From: Lama glama
Taxonomy: Eukaryota
Direction: 5' to 3'
Length of the DNA: 64,000 bases
Assembly (NCBI GenBank): GCA_028534125.1
Contig: CM052819.1
Span: 54,560,001 to 54,624,000 of the forward strand
The translations under genes were made by a program, and so were the position numbers. The notes beneath the pieces are model-generated. The model did not search any database. It worked only from the letters and a program-made list of their open reading frames with translations, and was not told where the DNA came from. Shown in pieces: positions 12,240-23,350 of the stretch (the first letter of the stretch is position 1; the number at the start of each line of letters is the position of its first letter).

Positions 12240-12372
12240 AATCCTCTAGAATGCCAGCTCCCTGAAGGCAGGGATTTTATTTGTTCACTGCTGTGTTCCC
12301 AGCACCCAGAATAGTGTCTGACATGAAGCAGGTGCTCGAATATTTGTTAAATGAATGAAGAATGAATGAATG
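12240..12372 (+). mobile_element. L2 3' end
   Basis: agctccctgaaggcagggattttatttgttcactgctgtgttcccagcacc...atttgttaaatgaatgaa. Confidence 0.8.
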
Positions 12373-12689
12373 AGAGGTTATGGTCTGGTCACTGGCCACG
12401 GCTTTCTGCAGGTGATGGCCAGCTCCATAGTGGCTCATTCAGAGGCTGCTCCAGCTGGGACAGAAGCCACCACGGCAAACTTCACGAAGGACAAGTCTCG
12501 CTCTCCTGAACCATTAAGATGAACCCCAGAGAAACAGCACCCCCCAGGGTCGTTTTTCCATCAAGTACACAGTGATACCCAGACAGTGACCAACGCAGCC
12601 CTTTCACTGTGATTCGACCTCTCACCGAAGGGAGCTGTTCATTTACAGACAGTCACAAAATGATTCTAATAACACCTTCTGGCCAGCAA

Positions 12690-12880
12690 GCAACTATTCA
12701 GTGTCAGGCATTTTTCATGTATTTTCCCACTGAGTCTTCCCGATACCCTTGCCAGGTAGGTATTATTACCCCCATTTCGCAGATGAGAAAACGAGGTTGG
12801 TGAATTTGTCCAGGGTCACACGGCAGAGTCTGGGTCAGCTGTGGGCCTGCCAGGCCCCAGATAACTGTGTACTTCCCACC
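12690..12880 (-). mobile_element. MIR fragment
   Basis: ggtaggtattattacccccatttcgcagatgagaaaacgagg. Confidence 0.7.
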
Positions 12881-14439
12881 AATTGCACACTCAGCCCCTA
12901 GCCAGCTCTACAGCCCCGGGCAAGCCACTTCTTTCTGGGCCTCCGTGTCTGCATCTCAAACCCAAGGAGCCGAACAATAAATACTACATAGGGAAGTTTT
13001 CCACGTGTGGGTCTGTGAACGTCCTTCCTCAGAGCACCACGACAAAATTTTGCTTTGGGAAGTTGAAATATCAGCACCCTTTATTGAGGGCAATTCGAAA
13101 TGTTTCCTCCCCACTCAGTCTGGGGACATGTGGGGCCACCCTGCCAAGTCCTGGCCCTGCTTTCTTTTCTAAGGTGAAGAGGCGCCCAGTCAGGCTGCCA
13201 GGGCCAGACTTGTTCCTCCGGTTGCAGGTCCTTACAATGATCGCATCTTCTTCCCCATTTGCTCTGTGCAAGTGTGAGAGCAGGCAGGCCCCTCCTGGGG
13301 AGCTGGACACAGGGCAGTGCCTGGCGTGGGGCCCTGCTCTCTGTGAGCACTGGTCTTCAGGCACCTCCCGGGCACATGCACACACGTTTGCTTCTGCAGT
13401 TGAGTTGATGAGGGGAGAGGACGGAGCTGGGATGGCTTCTGAAGGATATAAACCCTGGGGAACCAGCTGTGGGGCCGGAAGCCCTAATTCACTTGTTACC
13501 AACTGAGGAGATGGAGGAAGTTCAGATCCTTAGAAGGAGCCTTAATGATAAGTACACTGTCTTCAAGCTTTTATTAGCTGTTAAATCCAGTGTGTAAAAC
13601 AAAAGCCCATCCTTCTGGCTAAATCCAGGGCAGTGGGGCCGACAGCTCTCTTCTCCAGTCTCCCCAACCTGCCCTGCTTACAGGTGGACTCCAAAGGTCT
13701 CTGTGGAGCACGGTTGGCAATGATTTTCATCTGACCACAATCCCCACATTTTTCACCCAGAATCCTATCAGGTGAGCCATTTACCAAGCTTGACCCACTG
13801 GCTGGTGGCAACCCTGTAGCTCACGTTTGGGACTGAGCGCTGCCTTGATAAGCCAGTGAGAGGGTTAGGAAAGGGTCAGAGGTTGTGCTGGTGGGACACT
13901 ACAAACTGGATGTGGTTACCTGAGAGCCAGGCATCTCACCTGAGCCACCCTGAGAACAGACCACACTGATAGAAAGGCCAGGAGCGATGTTCCCGCTCTG
14001 CTCTACTCCAGGCCTTTGAACCTCCAAATCCATTCTCTCACCACCATCTCCCATTCTCCCAGTGCCTCACTCTTTGACCTGTCTTGCACCTGTTATGAAA
14101 CTTCATTCAGTTGTCCAAGTCTTTGGTTCCCCCATTTTCTCTGAGTCCATAGCTCTCTCCTAGTTCATTTCTAATCCCATCCACCTGGCCCCCAGGAGCC
14201 ATCACTTCCATCACTCTGAGCAATCTCTAACCAATGCCCCAGCCCCTTCACTCTCAGGGGCTGATGTGTATCCAGTGACTCAGGGTTCCACACCTCCAAC
14301 CCTGACCTCTCTCCTCAGTCCCTATCCTGTAAGTAGATGCTGAGAGGGACTGGCCAGGGTGTAAAAACAGCAAGCCCATGTTCTCCACATCCAAAGGGGG
14401 TGGTGTGTGCCGGGTGAATGGACCAATAACCAGGCACAT

Positions 14440-15162
14440 GTGTTTCTCCAGCTTGATCCCACATTAGAATCACCTAGAGAACTTTTAACCCACTGAGAAG
14501 TCTGAGCTCCACCGTAAACCAATGAAGTCAGAGTCCGTGTTATTTTTAAAATAAAAGTTTCAAATTAATTGTAATATACAGCAGAAAATTATACAGAAAT
14601 CTTGGCCAGTTTTCACAAAGTGAGTACCCACATGTTACTACATGGAGGGAAAATAGCGCTACCAGCTAAAACCTCCCACACGTGCTTCAGCCCCTCCTCC
14701 CCAGGAGAGGAACACTGGTTTCCAACACTGTGTATTTGTTTTGACTATTCCTGACACTTGTAGAAACAGAACTGTAGAGTATGCATTCTTTGTATCTGAG
14801 TTCTCTGATTGAATCTCTTTTGTAAGAGTCACCTGTTGGTTGGATAGCTGTTATTAATTTTCATTGCTGCGTAGTGTTCCATTTTCTGGCTATCCACACA
14901 ATGTACATCACTAGTCTACTCTTGATAAACCTGTGGATTATTTGCAGTTTTTAGCTCTTACAAGTAACGCTGCAACAAATTTTCTTGTGTATGTTTCTCG
15001 GCACACACACGCATATGTCTCTGGAGTGTATGTCTAGGAGTAGAAGTGCTCAGATACAGTCAGGTGTTCAGCTTCTGTGGATAACAGCAAACCATTTTAA
15101 AACTGGTGTTTTGCAAAAGTTCCTCGGATGATTCTAATGGGTGCCTGGGGTTGAGAACCCTG
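14440..15162. mobile_element. MER5A split by an old antisense L1 3' fragment (~14545-15100)
   Basis: MER5A left half (cacattagaatcacctagaga) and right half (ggatgattctaatgggtgcctggggttgagaacc) flank L1M-like text (aattttcattgctgcgtagtgttccatt, tatgtctaggagtagaagtgct). Confidence 0.7.
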
Positions 15163-16056
15163 CCCTAGCCTTACTAAGGGATGGCAAGACCGGTGCCACT
15201 GCCAACCATCACCCTCGAACCTTTCTCTAGTCAAAAGACTGGCAAAGGGGAAGGGTGCACCAATGGCCTTGTCCCAGGGGACAGGCTTGTCCTTTTCTGT
15301 ACTGTGGGGAGGGAAGGGGACTGTATCCAACTCCAAGGCCAAGTGAGGTGGGGTCTCCACAAGCATCTCTCTTAGAGACTGGGGTTCTTCAGGCGAGGGG
15401 GGCGGACAGTGCAGTGTGAGCATAGAGACAGTGCCTGCTTCCTTTCTGGCCTTGCCAGGCTGGCTGATACCGACAGGGTTTAGGAAGGACTGCAGAATCT
15501 GGGCCCGCAAAGAGAGAAACAGGCTCCTCCCCCAGGGTCCTGCGGCTTCTGCATGTGAGTCGCTGTGCTCCTGCTGGGCCCAGTGAGTAAGCACAGAGCA
15601 CAGAGAGGACCGTAGCCACGGGGGCTGCCCAGTGACGGAGCCCCTCACAGACAGGGAGTAGGGGAGCGGTGGTAGCTGCCAGCTGGGCCCTGGTCTGACG
15701 GGTGCTCTGTACCAGAAGGGACCAATGTGAGGCTGAAAATAACACACTCTTCCTGGAGAGACGGTCATGTTGGTGGAGGCCACCAGCAGCTCAAAGAACC
15801 AGAGAGGGGCCGGGGACACCTTCTTACTACTCACGAGACCAGAAAATGACCTCCACCTCCCTTGGCCCTCTTTCCCGTTCCAATTCAGAAAAAAAAAAAT
15901 GAGAGAGAGAGAGAGAGACCCAGAACAGGAAGAAGAGGAGGGGAAGAACTGGTCTTGCCCCTTCCCTGCACAAATCCTTCCACAAGAGCCAGCACCGGGG
16001 GCGGGGGACACTCTGAACCCGATGTGCGATTGATGAGTTAAAGGAAGTTTGACTGA

Positions 16057-16145
16057 ATTTTTTTTTAGATAAAATTCATCTGACATAAAATTCACCATCT
16101 TAAGCATTTTAAAGTGTACGATTCAGTGGCTTTTAGTCCATTCAC
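16057..16145 (-). mobile_element. Very short L1 3' end with 8-bp TSD
   Basis: ttttttagataaaattcatctgacataaaattcaccatc...ttttaaagtgtacgattcagtggcttttagtccattcac; ttgactga repeated at 16049-16056 and 16146-16153. Confidence 0.75.
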
Positions 16146-16329
16146 TTGACTGAGATTTAATTAACTGAAAATGATGACGTCTGTCCAAGATGCCATTAAG
16201 GGTGAAGAGTAAAAGCAGGGATTTTTTCCTGGCTGATTAGAGGGGCATGAAGAACAATTGTGTGACAGTTCTATGAACTTTAATTAACACTGAGCATCTC
16301 TGTTCGTCTATCCCACAGACAACTCAAAC

Positions 16330-16955
16330 TCATCGTGCCCCAGAGTGGGTGCGTCTCTCACTCCTCCACTCACCCTGGGGGAGGAGGGGGAGACACCAGC
16401 AGCCCCTCCATGCCTTCTTCCATCAGCCAAGCCCAAGTCCAGATCATCTCTCAGACTCATTCTCCCACATCGCTTGGTATTCACAAAGTCTCTACATTCT
16501 ACTGTTGAAATACCTCCCCGGTGCAACCTCTCCTCCTAGCCCTCTCTGCTGCAGCCTTTGCTGTGAGTGTGGCTGCCCCTCCCAGGACTATGGCTGCAGC
16601 CTCCTCCCTGGCTGTGCCCCCTCCACGGGGCCCTCCAGTTCTGCACAGGCTCTGCCCCGAGAGCCCTGCACACCGGGCATCCCCGTCACTCAGGCGTCCG
16701 CATCAGGATCGTGTCCGGGCAAGACCTTGCCTGACCACCAGCTGCTTGCCAGGCACGTGCCCCCATAGTTTAATGTTTTTGTTCTACTTTCTTCATATTT
16801 TTTTGCACTGCTTGTCACTAATCTGCAGCAATCTTGCTGATTTACCTGTTCCCTGTCTTCTTCTCAACCTCTACTCTTCAACCCTGGAAAATAAGCTCTG
16901 TGAGGGCAGAGACCTCACCTGCCTCTTTCTCCATGGAGTTCCTCGCATCTAGAGC
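16330..16955 (+). mobile_element. Degraded L2 fragment(s)
   Basis: caactcaaactcatcgtgcccc...; aagctctgtgagggcagagacctcacctgcctctttctc near the 3' end. Confidence 0.55.
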
Positions 16956-16974
16956 TGCCCTGCCCAGCACAATA

Positions 16975-17483
16975 GCCAAGTGTCTGTGCTGAGCTTTAGC
17001 ACTGCAGCTAGTCCAAGTTGAGATGTACTATTAGGAGTGTCAAATACATACCAATTTCAAAGACTTAGGATAAAATAAAGTAAAATATCTCAACTTTTTT
17101 TTTATTATTTATTAGTTGGTTTACAATGTTAGTTTCAAGTGTACAGCAAAGTGATTCAGTTATACATCTACATACATATATATATATTTATTTTCAGATT
17201 CTTTTCCATTATAGGTTATTACATGAAATTGAATATAGTTCCCTGTGCTGTACAGTAGGTCCTTGTTGGTTATCTATTTTATATATAGTAATGTGTATCT
17301 ATTAATTCAATATTTTTAATATTGATTACCTGTTGAGATGAAGATACTTTGGAACTACTGGATTAAATAAAATATATTATTATAAAATTAATTCCACTTG
17401 TTACTCTTTCTTATTTTAAATATGGCTACTGGAAAATTTGAAGTGACATGTGGCTCACATTACATTTCTATTGGACATCACTG
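16975..17483. mobile_element. MER33/MER3-type hAT-Charlie element interrupted by L1
   Basis: gctagtccaagttgagatgtac...aaagacttagg...atattgattacctgttgagatg...atgtggctcacattacatttctattggaca. Confidence 0.75.
17095..17306 (-). mobile_element. Lineage-specific L1 3' UTR fragment
   Basis: Poly-T then tttcaagtgtacagcaaagtgattcagttatacat...aatatagttccctgtgctgtacagtaggtccttgttggttatctattttatatatag. Confidence 0.85.
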
Positions 17484-18039
17484 CTGTACACTGTTACTGG
17501 CTCAGTGAACAAGTAGATCCTAACTGAACATCTGTTGAAGGAAAGAAGGTAGCCAAAGGGGTCTTTCTAAGAGCAAATCTCATCATGCAACCTACCTGCT
17601 AAAAGCCCTTTACTGGTCCCCCATTTTCGGCTAGACCAAATTCCTGTTTTATGACCCAGTATGTGAGGCTGTCACCATCAGGTCCTACCTCTTCCACTGG
17701 GTTTATTACCTGCTCTTCCTCAACAAGGATATACTGTCTCTTTGCACATGGGTCTCCCTTTGTTGTGCCCACTCCTCCACTGTGTCTGCCAGTGAGCTCT
17801 TAGGCAGTTTTCAAGATGCAATTCGATGTCATCCTTTCAGAAAATCCTTCCCTACTCCGTCGGCAGAATCACCTCATCCCCTGGCAGAGGGGCCAGTCCA
17901 TTGTGAGGCTCCTTGTTCCTGTGTATTGGATCCCAGCAGGTCACTGCCTCAGGTGGATCCCACAGTAGATCAGGGCTCCCCAGGGCTGAGCCGGGCCATG
18001 TCCTTTTCATCATTTATTCTGCAAACCTGGTATAGTCTG

Positions 18040-18490
18040 CAGAGTGACTGGGCTCAGCTGCTGTGTGGTTCCCAATGGGGTCTGGAATGACAGTCAGATG
18101 GAGGCCGGGACTGGGATCCTCTGAACACTCGACTGGGCTGGATGTCCAAGATGGTTTCTTCACTCACATGTTTGGTGCCTCAAATGGGGTGGCGGAAAGA
18201 CCTGGGCCTGGCTAGGCGGACCCCTCTGTGTGGCTAGTTTAGGAGTCCTCACAGCATGACTATTTCAGGATAGCCGGACTTCCTACATGCAGTGGCTTTC
18301 CTCACAGCGAGCGTTCCCGGAGACCCAGGGCACAGCTGCAAGACTTCCAATGACCTGCCTTGGAAGTCAAGAAGCATCAGTCATTTCTACTTGCGCACGA
18401 TTGCCCCAAAGTGAGTCACGGGGAATTCAAGAAGAGGGGACTTCTCAAGGATGTGGATGCGGGAGGGGGAAGTTTATTTGCAGGCACCTT
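18040..18490 (-). mobile_element. MLT1H/I/J-type LTR
   Basis: cgactgggctggatgtccaagatggtttcttcactcacatgtttgg...ggacttcctacatgcagtggc...gacctgccttggaagtc. Confidence 0.7.
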
Positions 18491-19989
18491 TGGGGACCAA
18501 AGTCTAATCTGAAACTTGAACCAGGAAAGACAAGTGAAACTCAGATACCTTAAGTATCTCTGGGAACAACACAGGGCAAAAATAAATACTTAATGTAAAT
18601 ACTTTGTAATGTAATATAAAGTACTTTCAATAGGGCTCTGGGCCTCAGCTGTGTGTCATACTCTACACCACACAGTCATCAGGGTAAACCTAGAACACCC
18701 TGGGACAAACTAACACTTGTGAGTCTTTACAAAAGATATGGCGCAAGAGTTTCAGAGGGTGGCCAGAGTCACCTGGAGAAGTCTACAGGGGACAGATGCT
18801 TGATGGTGGGGCAGCACTTAACAGCGCCCAGTATAAGAATGTTCAACACTGTTGCTTATAGTGACAAACAATCAGGAAAGAACCTTGATAGCCAGTGTAA
18901 CCGTCCGGTAGCCGATTGTGCAAGCATTAAACACGGTGCAATGGATTTTAATGGCAAAATGTAGAACAAACTGTTAGGTGAGAAAGGAATCAATATGCAA
19001 AACTTCGCATAAATATTATCCCAATTAGGTTCGAATATGTACATGTGTAGCCAAAAGACTGGAAAGGTATATATCAAAATTTCAACAGTTAAGCAGAATC
19101 TTGGGAAATGTTTCAAAGTTTTCTTCCTTATGCCTTTTATGCTCTGCAAGTTACACACAGTGAGCACATGCTACATATATAATCAGAAAATAAAATTAAG
19201 AGTGAGATGAGACTCCACTGGGAAGTTGGGGCTGCATCATGGCCCTGTGGCCCCCCAAGAGCCTTTCATCCCAGGGCTTCTAGGGACCCTGAGGCCTTAT
19301 CAGCTATTGCCTTACACCAACATTGTATGGTCTCACATGAGTTTCTTAACGTCTCTAGACTTTGGTTACCTACTCTATAAAATTAAGGGGTTGGACCATA
19401 AGATTAAATCTGTGGAACTTCAGAATTTACAATCACTTTCCTGTCTGCTATTCGATTCTCACAATAGCTGGATGTTAGAAGCAAATACAGTCTTATCATC
19501 ACCATTTGACCTATAAGAAAACAGAGGCTCAGCAAGGTAAGGTCACTAGGCCATGGTCACACAGATGGTAAGTAGGGGTCAGGATTCGGAACCAGGTCTT
19601 CAGGCTTTGTATCTGGGACCCTAGATACCAAGTCAGGGCTCCTTTTCTATATGAGCTGTAAACTCATCCAGTGATAAAATTTCAGCCGAACTTTCCACCT
19701 TCTGAGGCCACACAGGCAACGACTGATCGCTCTTCTTCATTTCCAGATTCCAAGGATCTTCAAGGCAGCTCTGATGTCTCCTCTGAGTCACACACATCTT
19801 CACTTCCCTCTGCTCTTCCTCAAGTGGCTTTGTCTGGGGACCATGCACCATTTCAGAATCTGAAAAATTTCAGAACTGGAAAAGATCGTTCAAGGTCATC
19901 TAGCCTGAGTGGCTGTTGTCAGCCTTCTGCAGACAGCTTCTCCCCTGAAAGCTGTGACCCTCCACAATGCTCCCCGGGGGGTCTGGGGC

Positions 19990-20560
19990 CGGGACAGGCC
20001 AATAAAGTTGCCCTTTCCCCCACTGAGCCACCCAACATCTGCCAGGTTACCTTGATTCAAAGAGGGAGTGTGGAGGCTGCAAGGCAGAGTGACTCAGCCT
20101 TTTAACAGGGACATGGCACACAATGGAAAGATCGGAGAGTTCCAAAGGGAAAGAAAACCAGAAAGGCCAAGACAACTCCCACACAGAGAGCCAGTTTAGA
20201 ACAAATCCCGAGGGCCAAAGAAGAAACCCAGGGGGAGGGGGAGAAAAAAAAATCTCTCTCCTGAGAGAGCTCTATTGTATGTGCTATGTGCTCTGGGTCA
20301 AAAGAGGCTCACTGTGCGAAGGGGCTCCCCCACCTGCTGGGACTCTCCAGAATGAGTTCTTTTTCTTCTGTCCGGGTTCAGCAAACTTCCTGCTTCCTCC
20401 ATCCCAGGGCGGCGAGCCCCCCGGCACCGGTCAGCGAGGGCGCTGGGGCTTGGCAGCCACGGTGGCAGCTTGCCAGTCACTGGCACAAAGTTACTGAGTA
20501 AATACCGCAGCTTTGATAATTTCTTGCTTCACTGGTCTCTTGGGATTCTTTCCATCCGCA
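19990..20560. promoter_or_regulatory. Repeat-free TF-motif cluster (candidate enhancer)
   Basis: CCAATAAA 19999, TTCAAAG 20056, TGACTCA 20090, ACTTCCTG 20385, TGGC-N5-GCCA 20463, GTAAATA 20498, CTTTGAT/TGATAA 20511-20519. Confidence 0.45.
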
Positions 20561-21164
20561 TTAAGAGCAAGAAGTTGCACTTCCCTCTGCCCACAAATTC
20601 AGATGCTTTTATTTTGTGGAGGACTTGATGGAAACGGATGCCTATTTCTCATACCAGATCGTGGAATAATCTATTTTAAACAGGTGGCAGGCAAAATTTT
20701 TAAAAAAGGGAAGTATTCCCCCTCCTCCAACTTCAGTGAAAGCTTTGTTCATATAGACATTTAAAAAGCAAAACTTTCTTCCGGTTGAAATGGAAACATT
20801 AATCATAAACATTTTATGAAACATAAATATAAGGCATTAAATATAAAACATGAAATGTTGGAATCTCTTTTGATCAAAACAGCTTATACACGTGAAAAAC
20901 CATTAGGCATAAAATTTCTACAATTATTTTCCCTTCCTAATAACATTCTTTTGCGTGAATAAACGTTCCTTCACTACATCTGGCTTCAGGGTGATCATAG
21001 AGCCTCCAAGCTCATATGCCTTTGTCTCTGGGATTCCATGAAATCGTTTCATCAATTCTCATTAGATGTCTGTATCAGAGGACTGTAAACCTCAAAACTC
21101 AGAAGTTATTCTCCTCGCCCCTTTCGATGACAGAGTCCCTCTAAATCTGTCTGGAATCAGACGT

Positions 21165-21350
21165 GTGCCAGGCTGGTGCATGCTAAGAATTTGGATGTCA
21201 TTCTCATTTAATTCTCACAACAGCCAAAGGAGAGAATAGTAATCTCCATTTTCAAATGACGAAACCAAGTTAAGAGAGGCCAAGAAATGTGTCCAAGGTC
21301 ACAGAATTCATTAATAAGAGAGCAGGACAGAAAGTCTCCTGAGTCCTCCT
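21165..21350 (-). mobile_element. MIR fragment
   Basis: tcatttaattctcacaacagcc...atctccattttcaaatgacgaaaccaag...gtccaaggtcacag. Confidence 0.75.
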
Positions 21351-22021
21351 CCTGCAGAGGGTCATCCAGCCACTGTTCAAACCCCTCACTGGTCAGAATT
21401 ATTTGTTTGGGGCTGTTTCTGTTGTTTTTGAGAAATCTTCCTTCTTCTGAGTGAAGTCTGTCTCTTTGTAACATCCAACCATAAGGATGATTTCATACCT
21501 CGGGCAGAGCCGGAACCAACCAGATCCGTCCCAAGGATGTTCCCTATAGGGCATCCTAGGAGGTATGAACTGGGGAGTGCTTACCAGGAAGTATTATTTC
21601 CAAGCTCTGGGTCAGAAGAGGTTGAAGGTAGTGGCACACCAAGCCCATAGGACATGGAACTCTAGGTTTCCAGAAGTATTAGTGTTGATTAGTACAGGAA
21701 GGGAAGCAGAAAATAGATCACATCCCACCTGACACTTGTTCATAGAAAGACAGTCAACACGGGAGGGAGACGTGCGCTCTGATTAGATATGAGGTCAAGA
21801 TCCCACCTTGCCTTTGTCTGCAAGCCATTTCCTGGTTCTTGGATGGCAGTGACCTGGAAATACAGACCACAGAGGTCATGATTCTAGAAAGACTGCAGGG
21901 AGGCCTTGCCAAGCTCCCCAGACGCATGTGCACTCTTCCTGCACTGTCCTCTGTACGCGTCTCTACCACATGCCCTCACCCTGAGCTGTCTGCCTTAGTC
22001 TCTCACTGTGACCCTGCAGTG

Positions 22022-22261
22022 CAGGGGTAGCAAACTATGGCGCACAGGCAAAATCTGTCCCAAAATCTGTCCCACAATCTGTCCCACCTCCTGTTTTTGT
22101 ATCTAAAACTTTGTTGAAACACAATCACATCCGTTCATTTTTGTATTCTAAGGCCACTCTTCTCTATAACTGTAGAGTTGAGTAGTTGTAACAGAGACCA
22201 CATGGACCACAAAGCCAAAAATATTTACTGTCTGTCTCTTTACAGAGTTTGCTGACCTCTG
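22022..22261 (+). mobile_element. MER58A hAT-Charlie element
   Basis: caggggtagcaaactatggcgcacaggcaaaatctg...agagttgagtagttgtaacagagaccacatggaccacaaagccaaaaatatttactgtctg...gtttgctgacctctg. Confidence 0.88.
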
Positions 22262-22749
22262 TTCAAGAGAGCAAGGACAGGGTCTTGTTCATCTCCACAT
22301 CCCCAAAGTGATAGACGTGATGGCCCAGAGATGTAGTGAAATATGCAGGAGATATCGTGCTGAGAGCAACTTGTGTAAAATGCCTCGCACAGTGCCTGGT
22401 ACAGAACACATGCTCAATAGGAATTTAGTGAATAAGTAAATGAAGTGGAAGGTCAGTTCACCCAAAATGAAATGATAGATGTGAAACCACTTCACAAGCC
22501 ATCAAAAGCTCTCTAAGAGCGGGGTGGGTTATCATCATTGTTAAATACAGAAATGTCTGGAGCAAAGCCTGCCCTTCCCTCTGGCTTTCCAGACCCTGAT
22601 TTTATGAGTAAAAGCTTACAGTCTTCATTTAGGCTGATTCATATCCCAATTTTTCTGTGACTTCTCTCCCCCAATCCCTCTTGACATCTGTCTCTAGATA
22701 CCAATCCTTAGGTTAGAGCTTGAGCTCCTTCAATAAGAGCTAAACAGTA

Positions 22750-23350
22750 TTGTAGACCTGGGGTAGTTTTATATCGGACCAGCCTTGCAAAGATCCAACA
22801 TTTCCCAGATCTCTGTTCTGTGTAAGGCCCTCCTCCCAGCTGGCCACAGAGCAATTGGCATGAGGTTTGGAAGGCCGAGTGAGGGAACAATCATTTAGGT
22901 TGAAGGTCTGTGCGGGACCCCAGGTGCCACTACAGCTCACGCTCGTGCATTGTCGCTGACCTTGGCATGGGGAAGGAGCCCACTCTGCAGCCTGTTCAGC
23001 TCCCGCTGAGTCCTGCATCACGCATGCGTGTAGCTCCACGGCAGATGGTGCAAGCTTCTTTTGTACATTGCCCAGGTCGGATGTGGTAAGAGACAGGCAT
23101 GGGGCCTGAATTGTCCTCGCTCCCTCCCACTTCAGACTGGCTAACCCTGTAGCAACTTCACAACCACCAGGAGACACAGAGCAAGAGTCTCCCCTAGAAT
23201 TCCTCACCAGTTGTCTTGGTTAGTAACTTTTCTCTTCTGGACCTTTACCTCCTTGGCGTCTCTCACAATTGGGTCACTTCTAATCCCTATAAGAAATCCT
23301 TAATTTTGTGTCATCGAGAGCAGCTCTGCCTCTCTGATCGAACCATGAAC
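22750..23350 (+). mobile_element. ERVL-class 5' LTR (LTR33/41/52-like; subfamily uncertain)
   Basis: 3' part ctaatccctataagaaatcctt...ctctgcctctctgatcgaacc resembles ERVL LTR ends and directly abuts ERVL internal sequence; 5' boundary uncertain. Confidence 0.55.

Noticed and set aside
15097-16107. 336-aa minus-strand ORF, the longest gap-free ORF in the track
   Set aside because: It starts at a non-ATG codon inside an L1 fragment, crosses a low-complexity (TC)n/T tract, ends in MER5A/L1 sequence and has no recognisable domain.
20425-20446. CTCF-like motifs (gtcagcgagggcgctg here; gtcacaaggggcgct near 40173)
   Set aside because: Each is one base short in the core and mismatches the CCAS half; too weak to call without a PWM scan.
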